Below, one piece after another: positions 18,708 through 28,848 of a stretch of 64,000 bases of DNA. Location of the stretch: sequence record SRR31156797_2108, one strand, 5' to 3'. The first letter of the stretch is position 1, and each line of letters begins with the position of its first letter. The translations under genes and the position numbers were made by a program. A model generated the notes under the pieces. The model ran no database searches. It was not told the origin of the DNA and saw only the letters and a program-made list of their open reading frames with translations.

Positions 18708-18724
18708 CAAAATATCTGTCAGGT
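18702..18724. repeat. Palindrome overlapping the dnaE stop codon (terminator or REP-derived)
   Basis: ACCTGACA-AAATATC-TGTCAGGT between convergent dnaE and pyrD. Confidence 0.55.
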
Positions 18725-18739
18725 ATATTTATCATGAAA

Positions 18740-19783
18740 TTAAATAGCTTTTTTAATCAGTTCTTTGTTAATAGCCTTAACCAAAGCCGGACCTTCATAA
18801 ATAAAGCCTGTATAAATCTGAATCAGAGAAGCTCCTGCGTTTAGTTTTTCAAGAGCATCTTCTTTGCTCATGATACCTCCAACACCTATTACAGGAATAT
18901 TGCCTTTCGATTTTTGGTGGATGTAGCGAATCACTTCCGTAGATCTATCTTTTAGTGGTTGACCGCTTAATCCTCCTGCACCCACTACCTCAATTTTATT
19001 TTGTGAAGCACTTAAACCATCTCTTGAAATAGTCGTGTTAGTAGCCACTATACCATCTATATTGGTTTCCTGTACAATCTCAATAATATCATCCAATTGG
19101 GATGTGTTCACATCAGGAGCAATTTTAAGAAGAATAGGTTTTGCTTTCTCTTTGCTTTGATTCAATACCACCAATTGATTGAGTAATTTCTTTAAAGGTT
19201 CTTTGCCTTGCAGCTCTCTAAGGTTAGGTGTATTGGGAGAACTAACATTTACAACAAAATAATCAACATGTGGGTAGAGTGAATTAAAACAAGATATATA
19301 ATCATTGCTGGCTTCTTCGTTAGGTGTTACTTTATTTTTGCCAATATTTCCGCCAATCAGAATATTTGTTCGTTTCCTTTTCAAACGTTCAACCGCTTCT
19401 TCAACTCCCTCGTTATTGAATCCCATTCGATTTACAAGAGCTTTATCATCAACAAAACGAAACAAGCGAGGTTTTGGATTTCCAGCTTGCGATTTAGGTG
19501 TAAGTGTACCGATTTCAATAAATCCAAATCCCATACTTCCTAAAAAATCAAAGGCTTCTGCATTTTTATCTAAACCGGCAGCTAAACCCACAGGATTGGG
19601 GAAATTTAACCCAAAGAGATGGCGTTCTAAAGAAGGATGTTTTACCCTGAATTGAGCAGAAACAATCCAGCGAACCAAGGCAAATCGTTGGAAAAACTTG
19701 AACCATGCAAAGGTAAATTTGTGAATAGTTTCGGGTTGGAATTGTATTAGTAGAGGGCGAATAAATAATCGGTATAAACTCAT
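18740..19783 (-). CDS. pyrD: Quinone-dependent dihydroorotate dehydrogenase
   Basis: [51 protein letters not shown] and GGLSG motifs. Confidence 0.97.
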   Translation of the reverse strand: MSLYRLFIRPLLIQFQPETIHKFTFAWFKFFQRFALVRWIVSAQFRVKHPSLERHLFGLNFPNPVGLAAGLDKNAEAFDFLGSMGFGFIEIGTLTPKSQAGNPKPRLFRFVDDKALVNRMGFNNEGVEEAVERLKRKRTNILIGGNIGKNKVTPNEEASNDYISCFNSLYPHVDYFVVNVSSPNTPNLRELQGKEPLKKLLNQLVVLNQSKEKAKPILLKIAPDVNTSQLDDIIEIVQETNIDGIVATNTTISRDGLSASQNKIEVVGAGGLSGQPLKDRSTEVIRYIHQKSKGNIPVIGVGGIMSKEDALEKLNAGASLIQIYTGFIYEGPALVKAINKELIKKAI

Positions 19784-20021
19784 TTTTGTATAATTTTATG
19801 CAAAGATAACAGGAATATTAAAAGAAAAAGAGTTTTAAGTCTGATTTGTGTGTGGTGTTGAAAATATTCATGTGAAAGTTATCACCTTTTTAAGAATTAG
19901 CTCTCTTAAAATTTGTCATAAAAACAAAATATAACTACTTTCGTTCTGCTTTTAAATAAGAGGGCATATTTTATTAATGTTCTTATAATCTGAACTTAAT
20001 AAATTAAGACGAACACAAAGA

Positions 20022-20321
20022 ATGGAAAAATTGAAAGAAATAGAGCTGAATCAATTCCAATTGAATGTATTGTTGGACGAAGAAGAAAAAGCAGCCTATA
20101 ATTACATTGTACAAGAAGGAACCTTTTGTGTTCACTGCAAAGACATGTGTACGAAAGGGGTAGATGTTAAAGAGAATTTCCTGAACGATATGAATGACAT
20201 CTTAATAAAGGGAAAATGTAAGAAATGTAGTGGAAATGTGAGTCGTTTTATTGAATATGGAGAATTTGAGGAATTTAGAATTAAAGCAGCCAAATTCAGA
20301 AAATCAATAGGTGCAGAATAA
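20022..20321 (+). CDS. Small cysteine-rich, putative zinc-binding protein
   Basis: CVHC and CKKC pairs. Followed by a terminator. Confidence 0.7.
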   Translation: MEKLKEIELNQFQLNVLLDEEEKAAYNYIVQEGTFCVHCKDMCTKGVDVKENFLNDMNDILIKGKCKKCSGNVSRFIEYGEFEEFRIKAAKFRKSIGAE

Positions 20322-20338
20322 ATATTTATTATACATAT

Positions 20339-20374
20339 AAAAAAATCCTCCTTCAGTTCGAAGGAGGATTTTTT
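20339..20374. terminator. Bidirectional intrinsic terminator
   Basis: AAAAATCCTCCTTC-AGTTC-GAAGGAGGATTTTT between convergent genes. Confidence 0.85.
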
Positions 20375-20389
20375 ATTTGTGACAAGTTA

Positions 20390-20914
20390 TTATTCTCTTT
20401 TTAAAATGTGATAGCTAACTTTTACAACTCCATTTCTAAATGGCATGTCATCTAAACGATAACTGTCGTAGATGTATGGATCATACTCTGGATGAAACTC
20501 ATCGGGAAATAGAGGATAGTTTCTAATAAAACCTGGGAAACCGTAGTAAGGATTTAAATCAAACCAATATTCGTCATATGGATTTAGATGAATAATGACG
20601 CGAAAATCGTGCTCATACTCATCTGGATGATAAATATAGCCTCTCTCGCTCATGGAATTAATTTCAGCGCGATCCCAATGAGCTGCAGCTCCATTTACTT
20701 CCACCCATCCATTTTCCAATTGTACAGGTCTACTGTTTTTATCTCTTATAAAAATCTGAACTTCTTTATTGTTGTCGTAATCTTGAGCAATGTGAACGGA
20801 AACCTTTACTAATGAGGGATCTGTTAATTCAATATCGCTTAAAGCTGATTTGCTACAAGATTGTATTCCAAATGTACTCAGAAGAAGTAGTAAAATGTAT
20901 ATGCGTGTTTTCAT
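20390..20914 (-). CDS. Hypothetical lipoprotein
   Basis: Signal peptide with lipobox IQSC. Confidence 0.7.
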   Translation of the reverse strand: MKTRIYILLLLLSTFGIQSCSKSALSDIELTDPSLVKVSVHIAQDYDNNKEVQIFIRDKNSRPVQLENGWVEVNGAAAHWDRAEINSMSERGYIYHPDEYEHDFRVIIHLNPYDEYWFDLNPYYGFPGFIRNYPLFPDEFHPEYDPYIYDSYRLDDMPFRNGVVKVSYHILKRE

Positions 20915-21137
20915 AGTTCAAAAGTGTTGATTTACTAGTATGACACATAAAAAACAATGAACACTTACTCGGTAAATGAATTTTTAATTCTTTAGGATAA
21001 CTATAGTCGAATCATTTAAAAAATTTAAGAATTAATAAACTACATATTTATGTTTCAAAATGTTTGAATATCAGATTACTATAAAAAGATAAAATGTTGT
21101 ATATTGAATAGAAGTTCGCTAATGTTAAACTTTAAAT

Positions 21138-21998
21138 ATGAAAAAAAATAAAGTAATTATAAATTTCTGCCCAACAGGCATGATACCAACCAAAGAAATT
21201 ACACCGCACGTACCGGTTTCACCTCAGGAGGTTATAGAGCAAACTCATGAAGCATATGAATTAGGAATTACAATAGCACATCTTCATGCCCGGGAGAATG
21301 ACGGAGTGCCAACCTATAAAAAGAATGTATATCAGGAAATTTTTGAAGGCGTTCGTAAGCATTGTCCCGATTTGATAATTTGTGGTAGCACGTCGGGAAG
21401 AAATTTTCCTGAATTTGAAAAACGATCGGGTGTGATTGAGTTAAAGCCAGATATGTGTTCACTTACATTAAGTAGTTTGAATTTTGTAAAGCAAGCATCG
21501 GTAAATGCTCCGGATATGGTGCAACGTTTGGCTATGAAAATGAAATCTTACGGCGTGTCGGTAGAATTGGAATGCTTTGATTTGGGAATGATTAATTATG
21601 GGAAATATCTGATAAAAAAGGGTATTATAGAAGGACCATTTTATTGGAATCTTTTGTTTGGTAACATTGCAGGTTTTCAGGCAAATTTTCATCAAATGGG
21701 AACAGCTTTATCAGAAATCCCTAAAGATCATTATGTAGGATTAGCAGGTCTGGCAGGAGACCAATTAGCCGTAAATACTGCTGCAATAGGAATGGGCTAT
21801 GGTGTGAGAATTGGTCTGGAAGATAATATTTGGTGGGATGCTCAGCGAAGCAGAAAATGTACCAATACAGAACTGGTGCAAAGGATTCATTCTTTAATTC
21901 AAATCAATAATAAAGAGTTTTTCACACCAAAGGAATTTGGCAAATTGGGATTTAAAAATGATGGAGTCAAAGAACAACTTTCAACTTCTTGGGTTTGA
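21138..21998 (+). CDS. Beta-keto acid cleavage enzyme (BKACE/Kce, DUF849) family protein
   Basis: CPTG, TPHVPVSPQE, zinc ligands HLHAR, DMCSL, ELECFDLG and GVRIGLEDN. Confidence 0.92.
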   Translation: MKKNKVIINFCPTGMIPTKEITPHVPVSPQEVIEQTHEAYELGITIAHLHARENDGVPTYKKNVYQEIFEGVRKHCPDLIICGSTSGRNFPEFEKRSGVIELKPDMCSLTLSSLNFVKQASVNAPDMVQRLAMKMKSYGVSVELECFDLGMINYGKYLIKKGIIEGPFYWNLLFGNIAGFQANFHQMGTALSEIPKDHYVGLAGLAGDQLAVNTAAIGMGYGVRIGLEDNIWWDAQRSRKCTNTELVQRIHSLIQINNKEFFTPKEFGKLGFKNDGVKEQLSTSWV

Positions 21999-22626
21999 TC
22001 CAAATTGGATTTGCGTAATACAAGATATGCTGATCTATAATTTGGAACAAACTGCTTCGTTGCAGGTTTTTCCGAATATAGATTTGGAATTTAAAGCCGC
22101 AGATAGATTACAGGAAGTACCTTTTGAGGTCAGAAAAATGGAGGAGATTTGTCGGAATCAACCAGTGATATTTGGAGTAGTGAGTCCGCGTAATAAATTT
22201 CCCATTTATAAAGATTATTCTAAATTTTTAATGGAAGAGGATTACAACAATGTGATTGCCAAATCCTCGATTGTAAGTGCAAGTAGTTCTATCGGAAAAG
22301 CTGTGTTCATCGATCATCAATGTGTAATAAGTGCACAAAGCTCTCTTGGTTTTGGCGTAACTATTAAACGAGGAGCAAAAATTGCTCATCACAATATCAT
22401 TGGAGATTTTTCAGATATCAATCCAGGAGTGATTACCTCTGGGAATGTAACTATAGGAAGAGGCTGTGAGATTGGTACAGGTGCAATTGTAAATAACAAT
22501 GTTACCATTGGAGACAATACATTTATAGGTATGGGAAGCGTTGTTACCAAAGACATTCCAGCCAATTCAATTGCATTTGGTAACCCTTGTAAAGTTGTTC
22601 GTAAAAATGAGATATGGTGTATTTAA
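21958..22626 (+). CDS. NeuD/PglD-like hexapeptide-repeat acyltransferase
   Basis: Left-handed beta-helix hexapeptides, IAHH and GSVVTKDIP...GNPC. Confidence 0.88.
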   Translation: MMESKNNFQLLGFDPNWICVIQDMLIYNLEQTASLQVFPNIDLEFKAADRLQEVPFEVRKMEEICRNQPVIFGVVSPRNKFPIYKDYSKFLMEEDYNNVIAKSSIVSASSSIGKAVFIDHQCVISAQSSLGFGVTIKRGAKIAHHNIIGDFSDINPGVITSGNVTIGRGCEIGTGAIVNNNVTIGDNTFIGMGSVVTKDIPANSIAFGNPCKVVRKNEIWCI

Positions 22627-22644
22627 AACCTTGTGAGCAAATGT

Positions 22645-22679
22645 AAAAATCTCTGCTTATGATATAGGCAGAGATTTTT
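22645..22679. terminator. Bidirectional intrinsic terminator
   Basis: AAAAATCTCTGCTTAT...ATAGGCAGAGATTTTT. Confidence 0.8.
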
Positions 22680-22687
22680 GCCATTTG

Positions 22688-25150
22688 TTACTGATGATAT
22701 TCTGAGGTCTTGAACGACTTTTGAAGTTCATCCTGTAGTTTTGTAATTTCTATGCCAATTTGTTTTAGAGTCAACTTATCGATATCGGTTAGATTTTTAA
22801 GTAAAACCGAGTTGTCTGGCGATTCGTTATCAAGAATTAAATCTACCTGCCATTTAATGCGAAGATGCATTAAGAAATTGTACATTTTTTCAATTTCTTC
22901 ACCTGTTTTATCCTTAATTATACCTCGCGCCATAAGCTGATCGAGGCGCAGCATACTATTGGTTTCGCGAATAGAGTGGTAGAGTGCATGGATTCTTAAA
23001 TAGCCAACAATTGGCTGTAAATATTGTTTTGGCTGAACGTGCTTTTTATCTAATACTGGTTTTTTTCGAATAACTGTTTTAGCAAGCTGATTGAAAAAGA
23101 GTACATTCCCATCTAGAGTAGATTTAACATGATCGAACAATTGATCTACTAATGTTTGATTTCCATATACTAATCTAAGATCAAAAAAGATGGAGCTATC
23201 TAATACATTGGCTACATCAGGATTGTCTATCCAATTGGAGAAATAATCTTTCCAGACATCAAGAGAGTTGCACCACTCAGGATTTCCTGCCATCAAATCA
23301 CCCTTACATCTGGAATAACCAATGGTATGAAGATTTTCATTCACAATCTCAGAAAAACGTAAGAAATAGGATTTATTTTCCTCACTTGCATTTTCGAATA
23401 GAACAGCATTGTCCTGATCGGTTTTTAGAGTTTGTTCGCCGCGACCTTCACTTCCCATAGCCACAAAAGCAAACGAACATGGTGCTTCACCTACTTCTTT
23501 TAAAGCCATTTCAATAACTCTACTGCTTATTGCATCGGCTATTGAAGTAATAATTCGGGAAACGCTATTGATATTTTCTGTGCTGGTAAACACAGCTTGA
23601 ATAACAACCGGTAGTTTATTATAAATTCTCTTCAGATCATCAATTCTGGTACATTCCTTTATCTCCTGAACTAAATATGATAAGGAATTGCGTTGCATCT
23701 CAAGACACTGTAGGTGACTAATGTTTCCAATTATCTCTCCATTGTTGTTTTCAACCAGCAAATGAGTAATGTTCTTTTGTGTAAAAACCAAAATGGCTTC
23801 ATATAAAAGTGCATCCTGATGTATGGTTTGAACAGGAGAGGTCATTACAGAGTAAATTCCTTTGTGTTCAATTTCCTGCTTTGCCAAAACCCGACTTCTA
23901 AGATCTGTATCAGTAACTACACCAATGATATCATCATTTTCCTTAATACAAATTATTTTGGAATGCTTTTCAGTCATTAGAGAAGCGGCAGTTTTAACAG
24001 AATCGTTTAACTGGCAGGTAATATTGTTTTTTACCAAATTAAGAACAGGCTGATTCATCAATTGCAATGATACTTGCAAATCATCAGAAAGCTTGTGAGC
24101 ACTAAGGCGCAAGCGCTTGTGTTCTGTTACATTTCTTACCGCCAGAATGTAACCAATTTGACCCGATTGAGTAATTTGTGTAACCGAGGCAATGACATTT
24201 TGCATGCCTGCTTTTGCTTGAATCAATTCAGTTTCAAATGTGGATGTTTTCTTTGGGTTTTTAATCTTCGCAATTAATTCGTCCCAACTCATTGCAAATA
24301 GGTTGGAGAAATCGTCACCAATTACATTTTTCGATTCTGTTTCAAACAAATTAGTGAATTTGGTATTTGCGAAAACAACTTTTTTATTCACTAACATTAA
24401 GGTACCTTCTGTTGAGGCATCTACCAGACTTTTGTATTTTTGTATCGATAATCTAAGTTCTTTTTCGGCTTTTAAGCGTTTTCCTTCGAGTGATTGTGTT
24501 TGTCGTAATACATATATCAGAATTAGAATAATTAAACCAACAATAAAGAAGGAGACTTTTAAAAGTTTACGTTTAAGTTGTTTAATTTCGGTTTTAACAT
24601 CGTCAAGATAAATACCAGTACCTATAATCCAATCCCAATCCGAAAATCCTTTTACGAAGGATAATTTTGGGACAATTTTTGAAGCATCATCTTTCCACTG
24701 CCAATAGTATGTAATAATTCCTTCTCCTTCGGATTTTACCAATTGTGCTGCATCTACAAACAGTTTATTTTCATGATTATCTGCAAAGTTGGACAAATCG
24801 CTGCCGTTTAAATCCGGTCGATAAGGGTGGATAATCATTTTTGGACTTGAGGTAATGATCCAAAAGTAATCTTTTTGTTCCTGACCATATCTCATCCGAC
24901 CAATTTGCTCTGCGGCTCTTTTTTGAGCTTCTTCCAATGTTAATGCACCACTTTTATAGTCATCCTGATATTCGTTAAGAACACTCCATGCTGCATTGGT
25001 TAATTCCAGTATCATTTCCTGTTTACGATCCATCATGCTTCGTTCAAACATTGGAATCATAATGGCATAAAATGATACAATAAACATCGTAATTGCTACA
25101 AATGTTGGAACTACAATGCTATAGATAAATTTATTTGATTTTTGATTCAT
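22688..25150 (-). CDS. Membrane Cache sensor fused to PAS, CBS pair and DUF294 nucleotidyltransferase-like domains
   Basis: TM, Cache (RYG..DYFWI, IHPYRPDLNG, YYW, PKLSFVK, WIIGTGIY), TM, PAS, CBS pair (IGVVTDTDLR, VMTSPV), then GSEGRGEQTLKTDQDNA, CKGDLMAGNPEWC and IFFDLR. Confidence 0.88.
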   Translation of the reverse strand: MNQKSNKFIYSIVVPTFVAITMFIVSFYAIMIPMFERSMMDRKQEMILELTNAAWSVLNEYQDDYKSGALTLEEAQKRAAEQIGRMRYGQEQKDYFWIITSSPKMIIHPYRPDLNGSDLSNFADNHENKLFVDAAQLVKSEGEGIITYYWQWKDDASKIVPKLSFVKGFSDWDWIIGTGIYLDDVKTEIKQLKRKLLKVSFFIVGLIILILIYVLRQTQSLEGKRLKAEKELRLSIQKYKSLVDASTEGTLMLVNKKVVFANTKFTNLFETESKNVIGDDFSNLFAMSWDELIAKIKNPKKTSTFETELIQAKAGMQNVIASVTQITQSGQIGYILAVRNVTEHKRLRLSAHKLSDDLQVSLQLMNQPVLNLVKNNITCQLNDSVKTAASLMTEKHSKIICIKENDDIIGVVTDTDLRSRVLAKQEIEHKGIYSVMTSPVQTIHQDALLYEAILVFTQKNITHLLVENNNGEIIGNISHLQCLEMQRNSLSYLVQEIKECTRIDDLKRIYNKLPVVIQAVFTSTENINSVSRIITSIADAISSRVIEMALKEVGEAPCSFAFVAMGSEGRGEQTLKTDQDNAVLFENASEENKSYFLRFSEIVNENLHTIGYSRCKGDLMAGNPEWCNSLDVWKDYFSNWIDNPDVANVLDSSIFFDLRLVYGNQTLVDQLFDHVKSTLDGNVLFFNQLAKTVIRKKPVLDKKHVQPKQYLQPIVGYLRIHALYHSIRETNSMLRLDQLMARGIIKDKTGEEIEKMYNFLMHLRIKWQVDLILDNESPDNSVLLKNLTDIDKLTLKQIGIEITKLQDELQKSFKTSEYHQ

Positions 25151-25292
25151 TTCGGTATGGGCACAATTGTTAGTACTGGATAGGCTCTACAATTGGTAAA
25201 TATAGCAAAACTAATTATGGAGTGATAATTATTAGTTAGTCTAACTGAAAACTGAGGTGACAAATTTATTGGTTTTCCAAAATATTAAGCTA

Positions 25293-28013
25293 TCAGGTTA
25301 AGGGAAGCCAAATACTAATAGTCGTTCCTTTATTGATTTCACTTTTGACACTTATTTTACCCTTATGTCTTTTAATAAAATCATCAACTAATACTAATCC
25401 CAAACCTGTTCCTGGCTCTTCGTTGGTGCCTTTTCTTGTTTTTGTCTTATCAAGCTCGAATAAGTTATCCATCGATTTTTTATCCATACCAATGCCAGTA
25501 TCGGTAATGTTAATCATTAAAAAATCATATACATTTTGTGTTTCAACAATTACTTTACCACCCAATGGTGTAAATTTTATAGCATTAGAAAGAAGATTAC
25601 GCATGATGGTTTTAAACATATTTTTATCAATTGAAATCTCAGGATTAAAAGAGATATTTTTTACGAGTTCAATATCTTTTGATTTTGCCATTCCGGCAAT
25701 CAGATTCAAACTTGTTTGAATTTCTGTGTTAATGGTAGTTTTTCTTGGTGAGAATTTTATTGCTCCAGATTGAGATCTGGACCATTCAAGAAGGTTCAGT
25801 AAGAGGGTGTAGGCATTTTTAATAGCCGGATTAAGTAATTCAACCATCTCATAGGCTCCTTCAAAATCTTTATTATTAACACTTTCAGCCAACATTTCAC
25901 CAGAGTTAATCATTACATTAAAAGGATTGAGTAAATCATGTGCAATAATTGAGAAGAATTTATCTTTAGTTGCATTTAACTCTTTAAGTTCTTGTTGATT
26001 GTCCGTTAATTCCTTTTCAATTTTAATTCGATCTGTAATATCCAGCATTACGCCTATAAGACCATCAATTATTCCGTTAGTATTCTTAAACGGAGCCTTG
26101 TAATAAGTATAATTTCTAATCTTGTTATCTTCTTTTCTGAAAATAAAATCATATTGTTGGTTGTTGCCATCAAATACTTCAATGTCTTTTTGGTGATAAA
26201 CATCAGCTAAGTCTTTTGGATATAGGTCGTAAACTCCTTTGCCGATGATTTCTTCTGGCTTTTTATTAATTAATTTAAAGAATGCAGAATTGCCACCTAT
26301 ATAAATGCCATTGATATCTTTATAAAATATGGGTGAAGGAATACTTTCCAGTAATGTATCCAAAAAATTTCTACTTTCCAGCAGTTTGTTTTCGGTTTCT
26401 TTTAAGTTGGTAATATCATTACCTACCCAAATTAAAAGGTTATCGGATATGCGAAATGATGCCCAATATTGAAATGCTGATTTACCATTTTTTAGTTTTA
26501 TCGGAATAAGTTTGAATTCTGGATTGTCATCAAACATACGTTTCTTCGCACCTTCTCTCATTTCATTATCAAAAAGTAAATCGATTGGAGCAAACTTATC
26601 TAGTACTTTATCTTTTTTTAAATCATAAAACGATTCACTTTGTTTGTTCCAAATTTTAACGATCCCCTTATTATCTAGGCCAATAATGGTCAATGGTGCA
26701 TGTTCTACTAAAATTCTAAACTTTTCTTCACTTTCTTTCAGAGCATTAACATTTGTTAGATGATTGGATAATAGTTGATTCACTTTATTAGAAAGGTGTG
26801 TAAATTCATTAATCTTAAATTGGGGAGATGATTTCGTTTCATTTCCTTTGACGGCCGCCTCAATTTGTTTGAAAAATAGATTGATTTCTTCCTTAATATG
26901 AATTCCGGTTTTTTGCAGTTGGTTTAAAATAATCATTACAAAAGGACCTGCAATTAAAAGTATAAGTAGGATTCTTACCCATGAAAATTGATAGAATGAT
27001 TTTGTTTTTTGAAGTTCCAAATGATTTAGCGATTGCAAACTTGAGGAAGCTCCAATCATCCATTGCCATTGATTAAAACCACTAATAAATGCCATTTTAG
27101 GAACGTATGTATTTTCATCAACTGGCCAATTGTAATTTAGAAAACCTGAAGAGTCAGATTGAGCTATCATCAGTTCTTCCTCAAATATCTTTAATCCATT
27201 ATCGTCTGAAATATCTCTGATGTTTACACCAGCTTCGTATTTATTCGAATTAATAATAATGGAAGTTCCATCATATTGGTTAATGAAAAGATTCCAGTCC
27301 TTTGCAGAGTAGGAGTTTTTAAGATAATTGATGACTTCTTCTTTGGTCTCAATTTGATGTTCGTGGTAATATTCGCCACATCCAATTATCCAATTAAAGG
27401 GTTCAAAACGTTTAATATAGGATGTTTTAAGGTATACTGTTGTATCGTTTGTCCATGGTTTTGACCATTTGTACGTGTAAAATGCTTCGTTTTTATTTTG
27501 AATAATTTTAAGTTGTTCATTTATCATTTTTCTTCCAACGGCTTCGGAAATTCCTAAGGAGTTTGTTCCTTCTAAAGTAGATTGAAAAGGGTACATTTGC
27601 AGCTTACCGGTCTGATCAATTATATAAATATAACCTCTACCATTAAAATATCTCAGCTCTCTTAAGGTGCTCTTAATTAGTGTTTTGATTTCAGATTCTG
27701 AACGATCAATTTTATTTAAATTGTAAATATTTTGTGCTTGATTTAGAGCATTGTTAACTGCGGTTTTTAGTTTTAACTTCATGTTCCTTTCTGAAGTGAT
27801 GTGCGCATATTCTACATAGGATATCACATTTTTAACTGCAGCTTTTAGAAAAATCTTTTTTTCGTCTTCAATTAATTTCTTCTCATATTGAAAATCTTTT
27901 TGGTATTGATGATACTCAGACATGAATATGATGAACATTAAGCCAAAAAAGATGGCAATGGAAATAACAAGAATCAATCGTCTTAAAATGGAGCTAATGC
28001 TTCTCGATTTCAT
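25293..28013 (-). CDS. Sensor histidine kinase with two Cache and two PAS domains
   Basis: Two Cache repeats, two PAS domains, H-box KDKFFSIIAHDLLNPF, N-box RNLLSNAIKF, and G-boxes DTGIGM and GTGLGL. Confidence 0.93.
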   Translation of the reverse strand: MKSRSISSILRRLILVISIAIFFGLMFIIFMSEYHQYQKDFQYEKKLIEDEKKIFLKAAVKNVISYVEYAHITSERNMKLKLKTAVNNALNQAQNIYNLNKIDRSESEIKTLIKSTLRELRYFNGRGYIYIIDQTGKLQMYPFQSTLEGTNSLGISEAVGRKMINEQLKIIQNKNEAFYTYKWSKPWTNDTTVYLKTSYIKRFEPFNWIIGCGEYYHEHQIETKEEVINYLKNSYSAKDWNLFINQYDGTSIIINSNKYEAGVNIRDISDDNGLKIFEEELMIAQSDSSGFLNYNWPVDENTYVPKMAFISGFNQWQWMIGASSSLQSLNHLELQKTKSFYQFSWVRILLILLIAGPFVMIILNQLQKTGIHIKEEINLFFKQIEAAVKGNETKSSPQFKINEFTHLSNKVNQLLSNHLTNVNALKESEEKFRILVEHAPLTIIGLDNKGIVKIWNKQSESFYDLKKDKVLDKFAPIDLLFDNEMREGAKKRMFDDNPEFKLIPIKLKNGKSAFQYWASFRISDNLLIWVGNDITNLKETENKLLESRNFLDTLLESIPSPIFYKDINGIYIGGNSAFFKLINKKPEEIIGKGVYDLYPKDLADVYHQKDIEVFDGNNQQYDFIFRKEDNKIRNYTYYKAPFKNTNGIIDGLIGVMLDITDRIKIEKELTDNQQELKELNATKDKFFSIIAHDLLNPFNVMINSGEMLAESVNNKDFEGAYEMVELLNPAIKNAYTLLLNLLEWSRSQSGAIKFSPRKTTINTEIQTSLNLIAGMAKSKDIELVKNISFNPEISIDKNMFKTIMRNLLSNAIKFTPLGGKVIVETQNVYDFLMINITDTGIGMDKKSMDNLFELDKTKTRKGTNEEPGTGLGLVLVDDFIKRHKGKISVKSEINKGTTISIWLPLT

Positions 28014-28261
28014 ATTGGTTAGGGCTAAGTGGTTGAAACTTATTTATAAAGGACAAAGTCTTTAAATTATTACGGAACAAGGATGAAAGTGTTGCAATAC
28101 CATGCCTATAAAGAAAGAATGAAATTATTAATAGATTTATTTGTAATTGAACAGTATTTAAAAATATACAAAGTGATTTTATCGAAAAACAGAGTGTTAT
28201 AAAACTTGATTTGTAACAAAAAATGCTTTGTTTTGTAGCAATAAACTTTAAAGAATTTAAT

Positions 28262-28777
28262 ATGATTAGAAAATCTCTACGCTTGATAATTGCAGGAATT
28301 CTGCTTATCGGATCTATCTTCCTTTTTATAAATGGATTAGTTGGTGTTGGAATATGGGCTGTTTTGATCTCGGGAATTTTTGTTCTATTGCATTTCAAGA
28401 ACGAGACAAATCTTGTTGCATTTTATTTTGTGAGAAAAAATAAATTCGAAAAAGCTGGTAAGGTGTTGGGCAGAGTTAAGCATCCGGAAAGAATGATAAA
28501 AGGACAAGAGGCATATCATTATTATCTTTCAGGACTGATTGAGTCGCAGCAGCATAAAAATTCAAAAGCTGAAAAGTCATTTAAGAAAGCATTAAAAACA
28601 GGATTAAGAACAGATACAGATCAAGCCGTTGCAAAATTAAATTTATCTGGAATTGCTTTATCGCAACGAAATAAAAAATTATCGAAATATTATTTGCAGG
28701 AAGCTAAAAAGCAGGATAAACGTAAAATGTTGACTGCTCAAATTCGTGAAATTGAAAGCATGATGAAGAGAGTGTAA
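28262..28777 (+). CDS. Membrane-anchored TPR-like hypothetical protein
   Basis: Two N-terminal TM helices, then helical repeats (AYHYYLSG, AEKSFKKAL). Probable ATG at 28262. Confidence 0.75.
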   Translation: MIRKSLRLIIAGILLIGSIFLFINGLVGVGIWAVLISGIFVLLHFKNETNLVAFYFVRKNKFEKAGKVLGRVKHPERMIKGQEAYHYYLSGLIESQQHKNSKAEKSFKKALKTGLRTDTDQAVAKLNLSGIALSQRNKKLSKYYLQEAKKQDKRKMLTAQIREIESMMKRV

Positions 28778-28796
28778 CGTAAATGTGTTTTGATAC

Positions 28797-28841
28797 AAAA
28801 TAGCCCCAGTCTTTCTTCGGTAAGATCGGGGCTATTTTTTT
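28797..28841. terminator. Bidirectional intrinsic terminator
   Basis: AAAATAGCCCC...GGGGCTATTTT between convergent genes. Confidence 0.8.
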
Positions 28842-28848
28842 GTTTATA

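Noticed and set aside
19305-19655. 116-aa plus-strand ORF
   Set aside because: Antisense to pyrD.
20940-20968. Possible ECF promoter GTAAG-N19-GTCAT for the lipoprotein gene
   Set aside because: Spacing is longer than typical and there is only one instance, so support is too weak.
27994-28398. 134-aa minus-strand ORF
   Set aside because: Overlaps the better-supported 28262..28777 gene on the opposite strand and has intergenic-like composition.
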